Shown here: positions 25,051 to 37,350 of the stretch, piece by piece | Position numbering within the stretch: the stretch's first letter is position 1 | Layout of the letters: every line of letters starts with the position of its first letter | From: Squalus acanthias | Taxonomy: Eukaryota | Length of the DNA stretch: 64,000 bases | NCBI GenBank assembly: GCA_030390025.1 | Contig: CM059432.1 | Coordinates: 12,214,001 to 12,278,000, forward strand | Direction: 5' to 3' | Translations under genes and position numbers: made by a program | Notes under the pieces: model-generated | What the model was told of the DNA's origin: nothing | Seen by the model: only the letters and a program-made list of their open reading frames with translations | Database searches by the model: none

Positions 25051-26504
25051 AACTGCATGATATTTGACAACAAGCCAGGCGATACAGGGGATAGGGGTAA
25101 CACGGGGATGGCTGTTAAATGGACAAACATGAGCACGGTATGCTTCGGGAAGAAGAGTGATGATACATTAACATGCGTACAGGGAGGAACTAGGCAAGTA
25201 ATATGTGGGAGGGATTTCACTCAGATGTCTGGGGTACCCCAGCAGGAAGAAGGCGGGTGGGAACTATGCCCAACCTCCAAGTGCACCAACTCTGATGATG
25301 GGTGTTGGAAGCTGAACCCCCGGGATACTCCCACCACCACAACCACACCGACCACCCCAGTAACAGCAGCCCCGAAGCCCAGCACTTTGACAACGGAGGA
25401 ACCCTTGAGGTGTCCGCAGCCTAGCTCGGGACCCAAAGGGGGGGGCTCATGATCCGGGATTCTGATAGGCGCTTATTTGAGAATGTACACCATGAGATAG
25501 TTTCGGTTGTCCTCAATATTAGCCAGATGGGGTTACCCAAATGGTGCGAGTGGCGTACAAGGTCGTTGTACCATCGGCTCCTCGACATGACAGTTACTGA
25601 TGCCCTCTGGGCCTCTGGGGGACGCGTGCGGTCGAGCCTATCTCACCGCAAGAGGAACCTGGTAAATGACATAGCCACTGCTTACAGTGCAGGGACATCC
25701 ACAGTTAATTCCCTGGATAGGAATGGTATTAGCTGTACCCAGTCTACAGGAATGGGAATCCAAGCCCCTCTAGGAGGTAGAGAATGTTGGGATCATAAGA
25801 GATGGCAATTGGCTCAGATACCACCACGCACCCAGTTATGCAACCCAGAAAGGTTCCTTCTTGACGGGGATCTCGCTAAACTGTACCCTTGAAATTTCCA
25901 GCGCCCGCCATGAGCCAACGCGAGCAGCACACCGGGGAAAAGGAGAATACTGTGTGACCACCAGTGAACTTCAATACCAGTATGGTAACATCCAGTGCCC
26001 AGCTCAAGTTTCTGCTTCCGCCCCCGGGCCCCAACAACGATCGGACATGCAACCATAACCTACCTACGGTCGCCCCGCGAGGAACGGGGGAGTCCAACTG
26101 AGGACCTAAAGGACAGCATGCTCGAATATGTACTCCCTGAGGGGAAGGACATCCCGAAACTACCAGAACACTTGCTGGAACTGAGGAAAGAGGCCGGGGC
26201 GATAATTAAGCAGTATCACCGAATTGAGCAGGAGGTCAAACAACTGGGGAAAGATGTGAAGGCCAAGCTGGAAGATGCCTCATGGTGGCAAACACTTTGG
26301 GACTGGGGTATTAGGGTGGACATACACCCCTGGATCAGAATTGCATATCATGTATTGGTGGTGGTGCAGTTGCTAATTGTCATCATACTTATGTTTGAGT
26401 ATTGTACTCAATGTAAATGACGCCATAGCCGAACCATTGCTGAAACCGTTGTTAAAACACAGTATAGATTGGGAGAGAAGCAGGGAATGTTAGAGGTAGT
26501 TTAA
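25050..26504 (+). pseudogene. env: ERV env remnant (Thr/Pro-rich segment, RKR cleavage site, fusion-peptide-like segment, Cys-rich region, heptad repeat, TM)
   Basis: ORF pieces 25042-25452, 25449-25720, 25861-26000, 25995-26420; HRKR at ~25644-25655; coiled-coil-like IIKQYHRIEQEVKQLGKDVKAKLE, Trp-rich WWQTLWDWG, TM VLVVVQLLIVIILM. Confidence 0.82.
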
Positions 26505-26610
26505 GTAGCCACACCTGTGCGAATCCAACCACCTGCCTGGCCAGCAGTGATGGGGCGAGGAGCACGGGCAGGTGACGTTAGTTGGCCATCTTGGGCTATC
26601 ACCAAGGGCC

Positions 26611-26622
26611 AAAAGGGGGGAC
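26611..26622 (+). promoter_or_regulatory. retroviral polypurine tract
   Basis: AAAAGGGGGGAC immediately before TG, downstream of env. Confidence 0.8.
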
Positions 26623-27111
26623 TGAAGAGGTTAAAAGTTAGATTAGCGGCTCAACTGACTAGCTGGCTGATGTAATAAAGGAGAAGTCTGGCAGAACAAA
26701 GACAGTTGGAAAAAGCATATTACACGATGATTGGGGGAGTAAAAGAAGGCAAGGAGGCCATACATTGAACAATAGGCCGCCAAGGTGTGATTTGCGAAGA
26801 TGTGGTTAAGCGTACGTAAATTGGATAGAACAATGGCAGATGTGGAAACAGGGCAAATGAGATAAACAAGATGTGTTTTGTGGAGATGTGATTAAGTGTA
26901 TGACTTGGACAATTAATTGGCCAAGTCCCGAAGATGTGAAGGAAACAAGATGTAAGATTGTATGTAAGCCAACGGCTCGAATGTAAAAATTAGACTCCCG
27001 TCTCAGCTCAGACTGAGAGGGCCTCTCCCTGCACGGGCTTGAATAAAGATCGCTTGGAACCAGTACACGCTCGTCTCCGTCTGCTTTGAGGCAGAGAGAA
27101 ATCCCACAACA
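26623..27111 (+). mobile_element. 3' LTR of the ERV (~490 bp)
   Basis: Starts TG after the PPT, AATAAA at 27042-27047, ends ...CCACAACA; the 3' end is inferred because no second LTR is available. Confidence 0.7.
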
Positions 27112-27937
27112 GTGGACATTGTAGTCTCACTGCTACATCTAACTCTGCACTTAACCCTTAGTTTGAGTGTGGCGTTCAGTCAAATAATAAGATTGAGGAT
27201 ACATGCAAGCATGAGAACAGGCCCATTGCTGCTGACCCTCTCCGTTAAATGATGCAACCTCTTGCACTACACTTCCCCAACTGCTAGTAATATTACTCCC
27301 GGAGGACCAGCCAAACCAATGATGAAAAACAAATCTGCGGTCAATATGTCTCAGGCTCAAATCAAGCTTTTTTTGCACTTGCCATTATCCAGTCTTAGTT
27401 GGACATGAGCTGATCTGAAAGTTTTTTTGGTGGGTCCAGTCAAAAAAACATTTAAGAACCACGGTTGGAACCAACCTTGAGCTCTACTCTTTCATGACGA
27501 CGACAATTTATGGCCTCATCTTAAACCCTTGATGAGATTACTGCCTTTTAATCTTACCAAACATCTGTTATTTTCTAACGCAGTGTCTTAACTTCAGTAC
27601 AAATATATTTACTTTATAAATGCTACCCTTTTTGAATATAGCTCATCAGGGCTGAAAATGGTTCTGACTGTCCCGAGACGGTGTTACTTTCTAGCTTTAA
27701 TAAACTGAAAAGGAAATAACGCAGCATTATCCAATTAATGTTGGAGTGTTTTAATCCCTCCTATCTCCAGTCATGTCTTGCCGTGCTGTCTTGCTGCTGT
27801 TTATCCTTTGTTGCAGCCCTTCCCGGCCCCCTCAGACTAACTGCTCACCTGCGCCAGTTGTACACTTTACTCACTTTTTAGGTCACAATTCCTCTAAAGT
27901 TCAACTAATGGCCTGTGGGGGTGTGGTAAACAGTTAC

Positions 27938-28233
27938 CTGTGGACACCTGGGAATCCCTGGCCCAAGACCGCACAAAGTGGAGGAGAAGCATCCGGGAAG
28001 GCGCCAAACACCTCGAGTCTCTTCGCCGGGAGCAAGCGGAAGCCAAGCGCAGGCAGCGCAAGGAGCGCACGTCAACCCAAGCACCCCACCCACCCGCCCC
28101 TTCAACCACCGTCTGCCCCACCCTGTGACAGAGACTGTAGGTCCCGCATTGGACTCATCAGTCACCTGAGAACTCATTTTTAATGTGGAAGCAAGTCATC
28201 CTCGGTTCCGAGGGACTGCCTAAGAAGAAGAAG
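27938..28233 (+). mobile_element. RTE LINE 3' end with (AAG)n tail
   Basis: Highly similar to 7350-7636. Confidence 0.9.
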
Positions 28234-28481
28234 CAGGTAAACAGTTAATTTAACTGACAGGTTGATAACCAGAGGGCACAGATTTAAGGCGATTGGCAAA
28301 AGAACCAGAGGCGACACGAGGGAAAACCTTTTTTACGCAACGAGTGGTTAGGATTTGGAATGCGCTGCCTGAGGGGTGGTGGAAACAGATTCAATCGTAG
28401 CCTTCAAAAGGGAATTGGATAAATACTGGAAGGAGGAATATTTGCAGGGATATGGGGAAAGAGCGGGGGAGTGGGACTAAA

Positions 28482-28912
28482 TGGGCAACACAGTGGCATA
28501 GTGGTTAGCACTGGTGCCTCACAGTGCCAGGGACCCGGGTTCGAATCTGACCTCGGGTGACTGTCTGTGTGGAGTTTGCACATTCTCCCCGTGTCTGCGT
28601 GGGTTTCCTCCGGGTGCTCCGGTTTCCTCCCACAGTCCAAAAATGTGCGGGTTAGGTTGATTTGGCTATGATAAATTGACCCTTAGTGTTAGGGGGGGAT
28701 TAAATATGTGGGGTTATGGGGATAGGATGGGATATGTTAGGGGGAATTAAATACGTGGGGTTACGGGGGTAGGGTGGGATATGTGTACTGTGGGGATTAA
28801 AGCAGGGACAGGGTACTGGACTTGGATGATCAGCCATGATCGTATTGAATGGTGGAGCAGGCTCGACGGGCCGAATGGCCTACTCCTGCTCCTAGATTCT
28901 ATGTTTCTATGT
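28482..28912 (+). mobile_element. HE1-like V-SINE with HER1/CR1-derived tail, inserted in a CR1 3' end
   Basis: tRNA-like head (TGGCATAGTGG, GGTTCGAATC), V-domain TGTGTGGAGTTTGCAC...GTGGGTTTCCTCCGGGTGCTCCGGTTTCCTCCCACA, tail matching the CR1 3' end. Confidence 0.88.
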
Positions 28913-31299
28913 TAACTGGATTGTTCGACAGCAGACTCGATGTTGTACTATTCTATAATTCTACCTGGCGGCTGCACTGAGTATTTAGGCAATACCACAG
29001 CCAAGATCGAGGCTTCTCCTGTGATGAAATGCAACCTCATCCAACTCTGACTGACTGACTCATTGGCTTTACTATTAAAAAAAAAGTACATTTTAGAGAA
29101 CCAACCACTGTACTAAGTATCTGAGGCAAGTTGAGAAAGAGGTAAAGGACCTCTGCAGCACTATTTCAAAATCACACTTTTAAAAAAAAAATTTGTCATC
29201 TCCATTTAAAAAGTATTATCAATTAGATAGTCAGGTGCATGTAAATAATAAATTATCTTCTGCGTTGGACGGCAGTGCTGAGTTGCCATGGAAACAAAGC
29301 TGTCTGGTTGATAGGGAACATTGCGGGCCAACGCTGGGTGGTGCATCTGACTGATAGAAAATCATCATCATCGTGGTGTTTGCTGAGAACAATGAGAATG
29401 CAGATCGCGCAGCGTCTTTACGATACGGATAGTCAGTTGGCGCTTAAAATCATTCCAGAGCACAGAATCGTTGCATGTTTTACCGGTGAAAATTAGCACG
29501 TACAGGGCCTCTGAAAACACCAGCTGTCTTCGATGTGCCGCCCATGTTTCCTTCCCACGTACAACACGTTACACGAGTTCGCATAAAATTTCATCTGCCA
29601 TTTTTTCAGCTCACGTGCTTAATTTTTCCAACTCATTTGGTGATTTCTAAGCCGTTTCCTCAGATCCCACTGCCTCGCCTACTTTGGTGTTATATGCAAA
29701 TTTGACTCATTTGCATTGAGCTTCTTAATCCAAGTCATTGATTAAAAGAAAACAGTGGTGTCCTAGAGGAACTCCACTCAGTACCCCCCCCGCCCCCCAA
29801 AACCCACCCAACCCAAGTCCTCTAACCAGGAGCTATTGTTGGAGACACTTCATTCGATTTCCCACCCATTCCCAAGATTTACCCTGACTCACTACTGCTT
29901 TGAATTTAACCACGAGCCTTTTGCGGGCAACTTATCAATTGGCTTTTGGAAATCTTGCACAACGCATTGTAGGGTTTTCTACTGTCCACTTTGCTTGTCG
30001 TCACAGCCGAAAGGAGGTTGTTTAGCTAAGATCTTACTCCTTCTAAATCCACATTCAATGCTCTTCACTAGATTATTGTTGTGTGGACATCCTCAAGTTT
30101 ACTGCCGATCAATTTATTATTTTACACTGAATTGAAGTAAGACTAACGAGCCTGTAGTTACCTGTGTTTATTTTGTTACTCTTTTTGTTTTTTTGTTGTT
30201 TTTTTTTTAACTTACTGGTACTTTCCCAGAATCCATTTTTAAAAACTCATTCTCAGGATGTGGGCGTCACTGGCAAGGCCAGATTTGGACAGCATGTTTC
30301 CTTCCCTAAAGAGCATGAGTGGACTAGTTGTGTTTTTACGACAAGCCAACAGCTTCATGGTCATTTTACTTTTCGGATTTTTTTTGTTGCAAAAACTGGA
30401 TTCATATTTTCAAACTGCCATGTTAGGATTAGTCCAGGTGTCGAAGTTTCGACTTCCCAGTAAGACTCAAAACATAAGTTATCGTCAAAGGAAGTTTAAT
30501 ATTTTACTTGCTGCAAGGAGAATGCAACCATAGTCAAAACTAGACTATGATGACACTCTGCAAATACAAAAACTGCTCGAAATTTATACACAGAAACAAT
30601 ACAAGCTTCCTATATCACATGACATGGTAATAAATCATTAATTGACAGCATAGTGCCTATAAAACAAGTTAAAAGGATATTTGTATATACTGTACATGAA
30701 AGGTCTTTCTTGAGGTCATAAAGATTTAAAACAGCAGGAATTCCTCCGAAGTGTTAAGTGTGACTTCTCCCACCACAACATCTAGAGTTCAAGAGATATC
30801 GTACTTCACACCATAGCCTTGTAAACTTCTTTGATCTGCAATCCTAAATTATTTATTGGGGGCAATTAAAATAGTCTACAAACTGAAATTCCTTCATTAG
30901 GTTGAAACTATAAACAATTGGCTAATCTTTCTAACAGACATTGTGTAGGCCATTTTAGATTTTATATTCTGTGTCTTAGGAAGCCATTTTATTGTGTCCA
31001 AGAAACCATTTTATATCCAACTAAAAAATATACTTCCACACAGGCCTCTGGATTACTAGCCCAGTAACCTACCATACTGGTTGGCATGCATTGCACTTGC
31101 AGATGATACAATGGAACACTAGAGGGCCCCCTGATGGGAGTAAGCACACTACAGCAATTACACTACAGGGTCACCTCTTATATTTTTTGTTATATCCAGA
31201 GAAAATGTCCCAGAGACTCTGAAATGAAAGTAGCCATTACATTACCCCACCAACTTGAGTGTCCATTCAGACACAACACCATTGACTCTCTTGCGTGCG

Positions 31300-33000
31300 T
31301 GCAGCATCTTTAATGTAGAAAAACATCCCAAGGCACCTCACAGAGCCAAAAATGGATGCCGAGGCAAGGGAGGAGATAGTAGCACGTGTGACCAAAGCTT
31401 GGCCGAAGATGTGGGTTTTATGAAGGGTCAAAAATGGAGGAGAGGGAGGTGGAGGGATTAGGAAGGGAATTCCAGGGTGTGAGGCCTAAACACGTGAAGG
31501 CACAGCTGCCACTGCTGGGGCAAAGGCAGGCGTGATGCACAAGAGGCCAGAGTTGGAGGAATTGTGCATTCTGGAGGGGGTTACAGAGATAAGGAGGGTC
31601 GAGACCATGAAACGATTTAAATGATAATTTAAAATTAGTGGCGTGGGAGTGGGTGCCAATGTAGGTCACCAAGGACAGGAAGTGATGGGTGAGCGGGACT
31701 TGGTTACAGGCAGCATAGAAGCATAGCATAGAAGATAGGAGCAGGAGTAGGCCATTCGGCCCCTCGAGCCTGCTGCACCATTTAATGAGATCATGGCTGA
31801 TCATCCAAATTCAGTACCCTGTCCCTGCTTTCTCCCCATATCCCTTGATCCCTTTAGCCTTAAGAAATATATTTATCTCCTTCTTGAATATATTTAATGA
31901 ATTGGCCTCAACTGCCTTCTGTGGTAGAGAATTCCACAGGTTCACCACTCTCTGGGTGAAGAAATGCCTCCTCATCTCAGACCTAAATGGCTTACCCCTT
32001 ATCTTTAGACTGTGACCTCTTGTTCAGGACTCACCCGCCATCGGGAACATCCTTCCTGCATCCAGTCTGTCTAGTCCTGTTAGAATTTTATAAGTTTCAA
32101 TGAGATCCCCTCTCATTCTTCTAAACTCCAGCGAGTATAAGCCTAATCGACCCAATCTCTCTTCATACGTCATTCCTGCCATCCCAGGTATCAGTCTGGT
32201 AAATCTTTGCTGCACTCCCTCCATGGCAAGAACATCCTTCCTCAGATAAGGCGACCAAAACTGCACACAATACTCAAGGTGTGGTCTCACCAAGGCCCTG
32301 TACAACTGCAGCAAGACATCCTTGCTCCTGTACTCGAATCCTCTCGCTATGAAGGCCAACATACCATTTGCCTTCTTAACCGCCTGCTGCACCTGCATGC
32401 TTACCTTCAGCGACTGGTGCACAAGGACTCCCAGATCTCGTTGCACTTCCCCTTTTCCCAATCTATTGCCGTTCAGCTAATAATCTGTCTTCCTGTTTTT
32501 GCCACCAAAGTGGATAACCTCGCATTTATCCACATTATACTGCATCTGCCCAATCACCCAACCTGTCCAAATCATCCTGGAGTTTCTCTGTATCCTCCTC
32601 ACAGCACAGATGCCCACCCAGCTTTGTGTCGTCTGCAAACTTAGAGATATTACATCTAGTTCCCTCGTCTAGATCATTAATATATATTGTTTTGGATGAG
32701 CTGAGGTTTAGGGGGAGCGGCATGGCTGGCCAGGAGAGCATTGGAATAGTCGACCCTGGAGTGACAGTAGCATGGATGTGAGTTTCAGCAGCAATGGGCT
32801 GGAGGCGGGCGATATTACAGAGGTGGAAGTAGGCGATGGAGAGGATATGGAGTTGGAAGCTCAGCTCGAGGTTGAATAGGCACCAAGACTGCAAACAGTC
32901 TGGTTCAACCCGTGACAGTAGCTGGAGAGGGGAATGGAATCAGTGGCAAAAGTACAGAGTTTGAAACGGGGGCCAAAGACGATGGTTTGTCTTCCCAATA
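31300..33000 (-). mobile_element. old L2 3' region split by a young CR1 insertion (31715-32690)
   Basis: L2-like sequence on both sides; CR1 RT ORF 32024-32461 and FADD at ~32630. Confidence 0.8.
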
Positions 33001-33375
33001 TTTAACAATTGTCCTCATAATGGGTGGCAATGCCTCACAAATAGTCTCTGGGATAAATTCCATCTATCCCTGGACATTTACTTGTTTTGAGTTCTTTTAC
33101 AGTGGATATACAGCACAGAAACAGGCCATTCGGCCCAACCAGTCCTTGCTCAATCGTGGCTTTCAAGAGGGAATTGGATAAGTACCTGAAGGAAAAAAAA
33201 TTGCAGGGCTACGGGGAAAAGGTGGGGGAGTGGGACTAGCTGAAGTGCTCTTGCAGAGAGCCGACACGGGCTCGACGGGCCGAATGGCCTCCTTCTGTGC
33301 TGTAACCATTCTATTCAATGCCGGCGTTGTGCTCCACTTGAGCCTCCTCCCGTCTTTTCTCAATATCAGCATAAC

Positions 33376-36104
33376 ATAGAAACATAGAAGATAGGAGCAG
33401 GAGTAGGCCATTCGGCCCCTCGAGCCTGCGCCGCCATTCGATGAGATCATGGCTGATCATCCAAACTCAGTACCCTGTCCCTGCCTTCTCCCCATATCCC
33501 TTGATACCTTTAGCTTTAAGAAATATATCTAACTCATTCTTGAATATATTTAATGACTTGGCCTCAACTACCTTCTGTGGTAGAGAATTCCACAGGTTCA
33601 CCACTCTCTGGGTGAAGAAATTCTTCCTCATTTCTGTCCTAAATGGCTTACCCCTTATCCTTAGATTATGACCCCTGGTTCTGGACTCTCCGACCATCGG
33701 GAACATTCTTCCTGCATCTAGTTTGTCCAGACCTGTCAGAATTTTATAAGTTTCGATGAGATCCCCTCTCATTCTTCTATACTCCAGCGAGTATAAGCCC
33801 AATCGACCCAATCTCTCCTCATATGTCATTCCTGCCATCCCAGGTATCAGCCTTGTGAATCTTCGCTGAACTCCTTCCATGGCAAGAACATCCTTCCTCA
33901 GATAAGGCGACCAAAACTGCACACAATACTCAAGGTGTGGTCTCACCAAGGCCCTGTACAACTGCAGCAAGACATCCTTGCTCCTGTACTCGAATCCTCT
34001 CGCTATGAAGGCCAACATACCATTTGCCTTCTTAACCGCCTGCTGCACCTGCATGCTTACCTTCAGCGACTGGTGCACAAGGACACCCAGGTCTCGTTGC
34101 ACTTCCCCTTCTCCCAATCTATTGCCATTCAGATAATAGTCTGCCTTTCTGTTTTTGACACCAAAGTGGATAACCTCGCATTTATCCACGTTATATTGCA
34201 TCTGCCACGCTTCTGCCCACTCACCCAACCTGTCCAGATCATCCTGGAGTTTCTCAGTATCCTCCTCAGAGCACACACGCCCACCCAGCTTTGTGTCATC
34301 TGCAAACTTGGAGATATTACATTTAGTTCCCTTATCCAGATCATTAATGTATATTGTGAATAGCTGGGGTCCAAGGACCGAACCCTGCGGTACCCCACTA
34401 GTCACTGCCTGCCACTCGGAAAAAGACCCATTAATTCCTACTCTCTGCTTTCTGTCCGCCAACCAGTTCTCTATCCAAGTCAATACCTTGCCCCCAATCC
34501 CATGTGCCTTAACTTTACATGCTAATCTCTTATGCGGGACCTTATCGAAAGCCTTTTGAAAGTCCAAATACACCACATCTACTGGTTCTCCCTTATTTAT
34601 TTTCCCAGTTACATCCTCAAAACATTCCAGTAGATTAGTCTAGCACGATTTACCTTTTGTAAATCCATGTTGACTTTGTCCGATCCTGTCACTGTTTTCC
34701 AAGTGCTCAGCTATTACATCCTTTATAATGGACTCTAGCATTTTCCCCACTACCGATGTCAGGCTTACCGGTCTGTAATTCCCCGCTTTCTCTCTACCAC
34801 CCTTTTTGAATAGTGGGGTAACATTAGCTAGCCTCCAATCCATGGGTACAGTTCCAGATTCCATCGAATGTTGGAAGATGATCAGCAATGCATCTACTAT
34901 TTCTAGGGCCACTTCCTTAAGTACCCTAGGATGTAGATTATCAGGCCCTGGGGATTTATCGGCCTTCAATCCCGTCAATTTCCCTAACACCATTTCCCTG
35001 CAAATACTGATTTCTTTCAGTTCCTCCCTTTCATCAGACCCTATGTTCTCCAACATCTCTGGGAGGTTATTTGTGTCCTCCTTTGTGAAGACAGAACCAA
35101 AATATGCATTTAATTGGTCTGCCATTTCTTTGTTCCCCATTATAACTTCCACCGCTTCTGACTGCAAGGGACCTACACTTGATTTCACTAATCTTTTTCT
35201 CTTCACATATCTATAAAAGCTCTTACAGTCAGTTTTTATGTTCCCAGCAAGCTTACTTTCATATTCTATTTTCCCCTTCTTAATTAATCCCTTTGTCCTC
35301 CTAAACTGGCTCCAATCCTCAGGGTTACCGCTTTTTCTGGCCAATTTATATGCCCTCTCCTTGGATCTTATGCTATCCCTAATTTCCCTTGTTAGCCACG
35401 GTTGAGTCACCCTTTTTGTTTTATTCTTATGCCACACTGGGATGAACAAATTCTGTAGTTCATCCATGCAGTCTTTGAATGTTTGCCATTGCCTATCCAC
35501 CGTCAACCCTTTGAGTGACATTCCCCAATCAATTCTACCCAATTCGCGCCTCATACCATCGTAGTTTCCTTTATTTAAATTCAGGACCCTAGTCTCTGAT
35601 TCAACTACTTCACTCTCCATCCTAATGAAGAATTCTATCATATTATGATCACTCTGACCCAAGGGGCCTCGTACAAGAAGATTGCTAATTAATCCTTTCT
35701 CGTTACATAATACCCAGTCTAAGATGGCCTGATCTCTGGTTGGTTCCTCGACATATTGTTCCAGAAAACCATCCCGTAAACATTCTAGGAATTCTCCTCC
35801 ACAGTATTTTTACTAATTTGGTTAGCCCAATCTATATGTAAATTAAAGTCACCCATGATAACTGCTGTGCCCTTACTGCATGCTTCTCTAATTTCCCTTT
35901 TAATGCCGTCCCCAACCTCCGTATTACTGTTTGGAGGTCTATATACCACTCCCACTAACGTTTTCTGCCCCTTGTTATTTCTCAGTTCTACCCATACAGA
36001 TTCCGCATCATCAGAGCTAATATCCTTCCTTTCAATTGTGTTAATCCCCTCTTTAACCAGCAATGCTACCCCACCACCCTTTCTTTTTTGCCTATCTTTC
36101 CTAG
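33376..36104 (-). mobile_element. ~2.7-kb CR1 (HER1-like) LINE: endonuclease C-half plus RT ORF2, few disruptions
   Basis: VYRPP, GDFN, SDH endonuclease motifs; KSPGPD, NYRPVSLTS, DFQKAFD, PQGSVLGP, FADD RT motifs; intact 3' tail; nested in an older CR1 3' end (33318-33375 / 36105-36410). Confidence 0.97.
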
Positions 36105-36914
36105 ATAACCCTCTATTTTCTTCTCCCTCATATACTTATCCAGCCTCCCCTTAAATGCCTCTATACTATTCGCTTCAACCACTCCCTGTGGTAGCGAGTT
36201 CCACATTCTCACCACTCTTTGGGTAAAGAAGTTTCTTCTGAATTCCCTATTGGATTTCTTGGTGACTATCTTGTATTGATGGCCTCTAGTTTTGCTCTTC
36301 CCCACAAGCGGAAACACTCTCTCTGTGTCTACTCGATCAAAATCTTTCATAATTTTAAAGACCTCTATTATTAGGTCACCCCTCGGCCTTCTCTGTTCAA
36401 AAGAGAGACCCGGTTTGTCTCTGACATTCATTATTACATTTATATTGAAGTCGTTAATTTTGCTTTGGTTATCTCTGATTCGGGAGGTTGGCATGTTGCT
36501 CATATCTTCCCCAGTGAAGTGTGTTCCCCCGTCTCCTAATAAAAAGGAGGCAGAGTTCTGCTAAACTCATCTTCCTATCGCAAGTCCAATGGCGTTGTCC
36601 CTCTCCAGTTTGGAATTTGGCAAAAGGTGACAACTCTTCTCTCTTCTACAACACAGGGGTGAGTGAGTTAAGCTGAAGCCAGGATGTCCATACAACACCA
36701 TTACAAAGTCAGCTGCTCATTGTGTACTGTCCTTAGTTGTATAATGAAGGGTTTTCTGAGTGTATCCACCGTTTATTTTTGGAAGCTAAGGTCCTGCCTA
36801 TCAAAGTACAGGGTGTCAAATCATATGAAGGTCAAGGTCAGAAAAGCAACAACTTTCCACTGAGAATTGTAAGGCGCTGTAGTAGTTGCGATATTGAAGA
36901 GCATTTTATACTAT

Positions 36915-37350
36915 ATTACATAAGAAATAGGAGCAGGAGTGGGCCATTCGGCCCTTCGAGCCTACTCCACCTTCAATGAGATCATGGCTGATCTTCTGCC
37001 TCAACTCCATTCACCGGCCCTATCGCCATATCCCTTGATGCCCTTACTAGTCAGAAATCTATCGACTTCTGTTTTGAATATACCCAATGACTGAGCCTCC
37101 ACAGCCCTCTGGGGTAGAGAATTCCAAAGATTCACCACCCTCTGTGTGAAGAAATTTCTTCTCATCTCAGTCCTGAATGGCCTACCCTTTATCCTGAGAC
37201 CCCTGGTTCTAGACTCCCCAGCCAAGGGAAACATTCTCCCAGCATCCACCCTATCAAGCCCTGTAATAATTTAGTTTGCTTCAATGAGATCCCCTCTCAT
37301 TCTTCTGGATTCAAGAGAATACAGGCCTAGTTTACTCAATCTCTTCTCAT
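36915..37350 (-). mobile_element. CR1 LINE 3' end
   Basis: [30 protein letters not shown]. Confidence 0.88.

Larger units (their letters stand above)
23400..27111 (+). mobile_element. degraded endogenous retrovirus (gag-pol-env-PPT-3'LTR), internally deleted, 5' LTR absent; possibly lokiretrovirus-like
   Basis: Colinear remnants of gag late domains, RT thumb/tether, integrase, env, polypurine tract and TG...CA LTR; 5' boundary approximate. Confidence 0.9.

Noticed and set aside
25042..26420. Domesticated (syncytin-like) env gene
   Set aside because: Multiple frameshifts, stops and an internal deletion; no signal peptide or start; not an intact ORF
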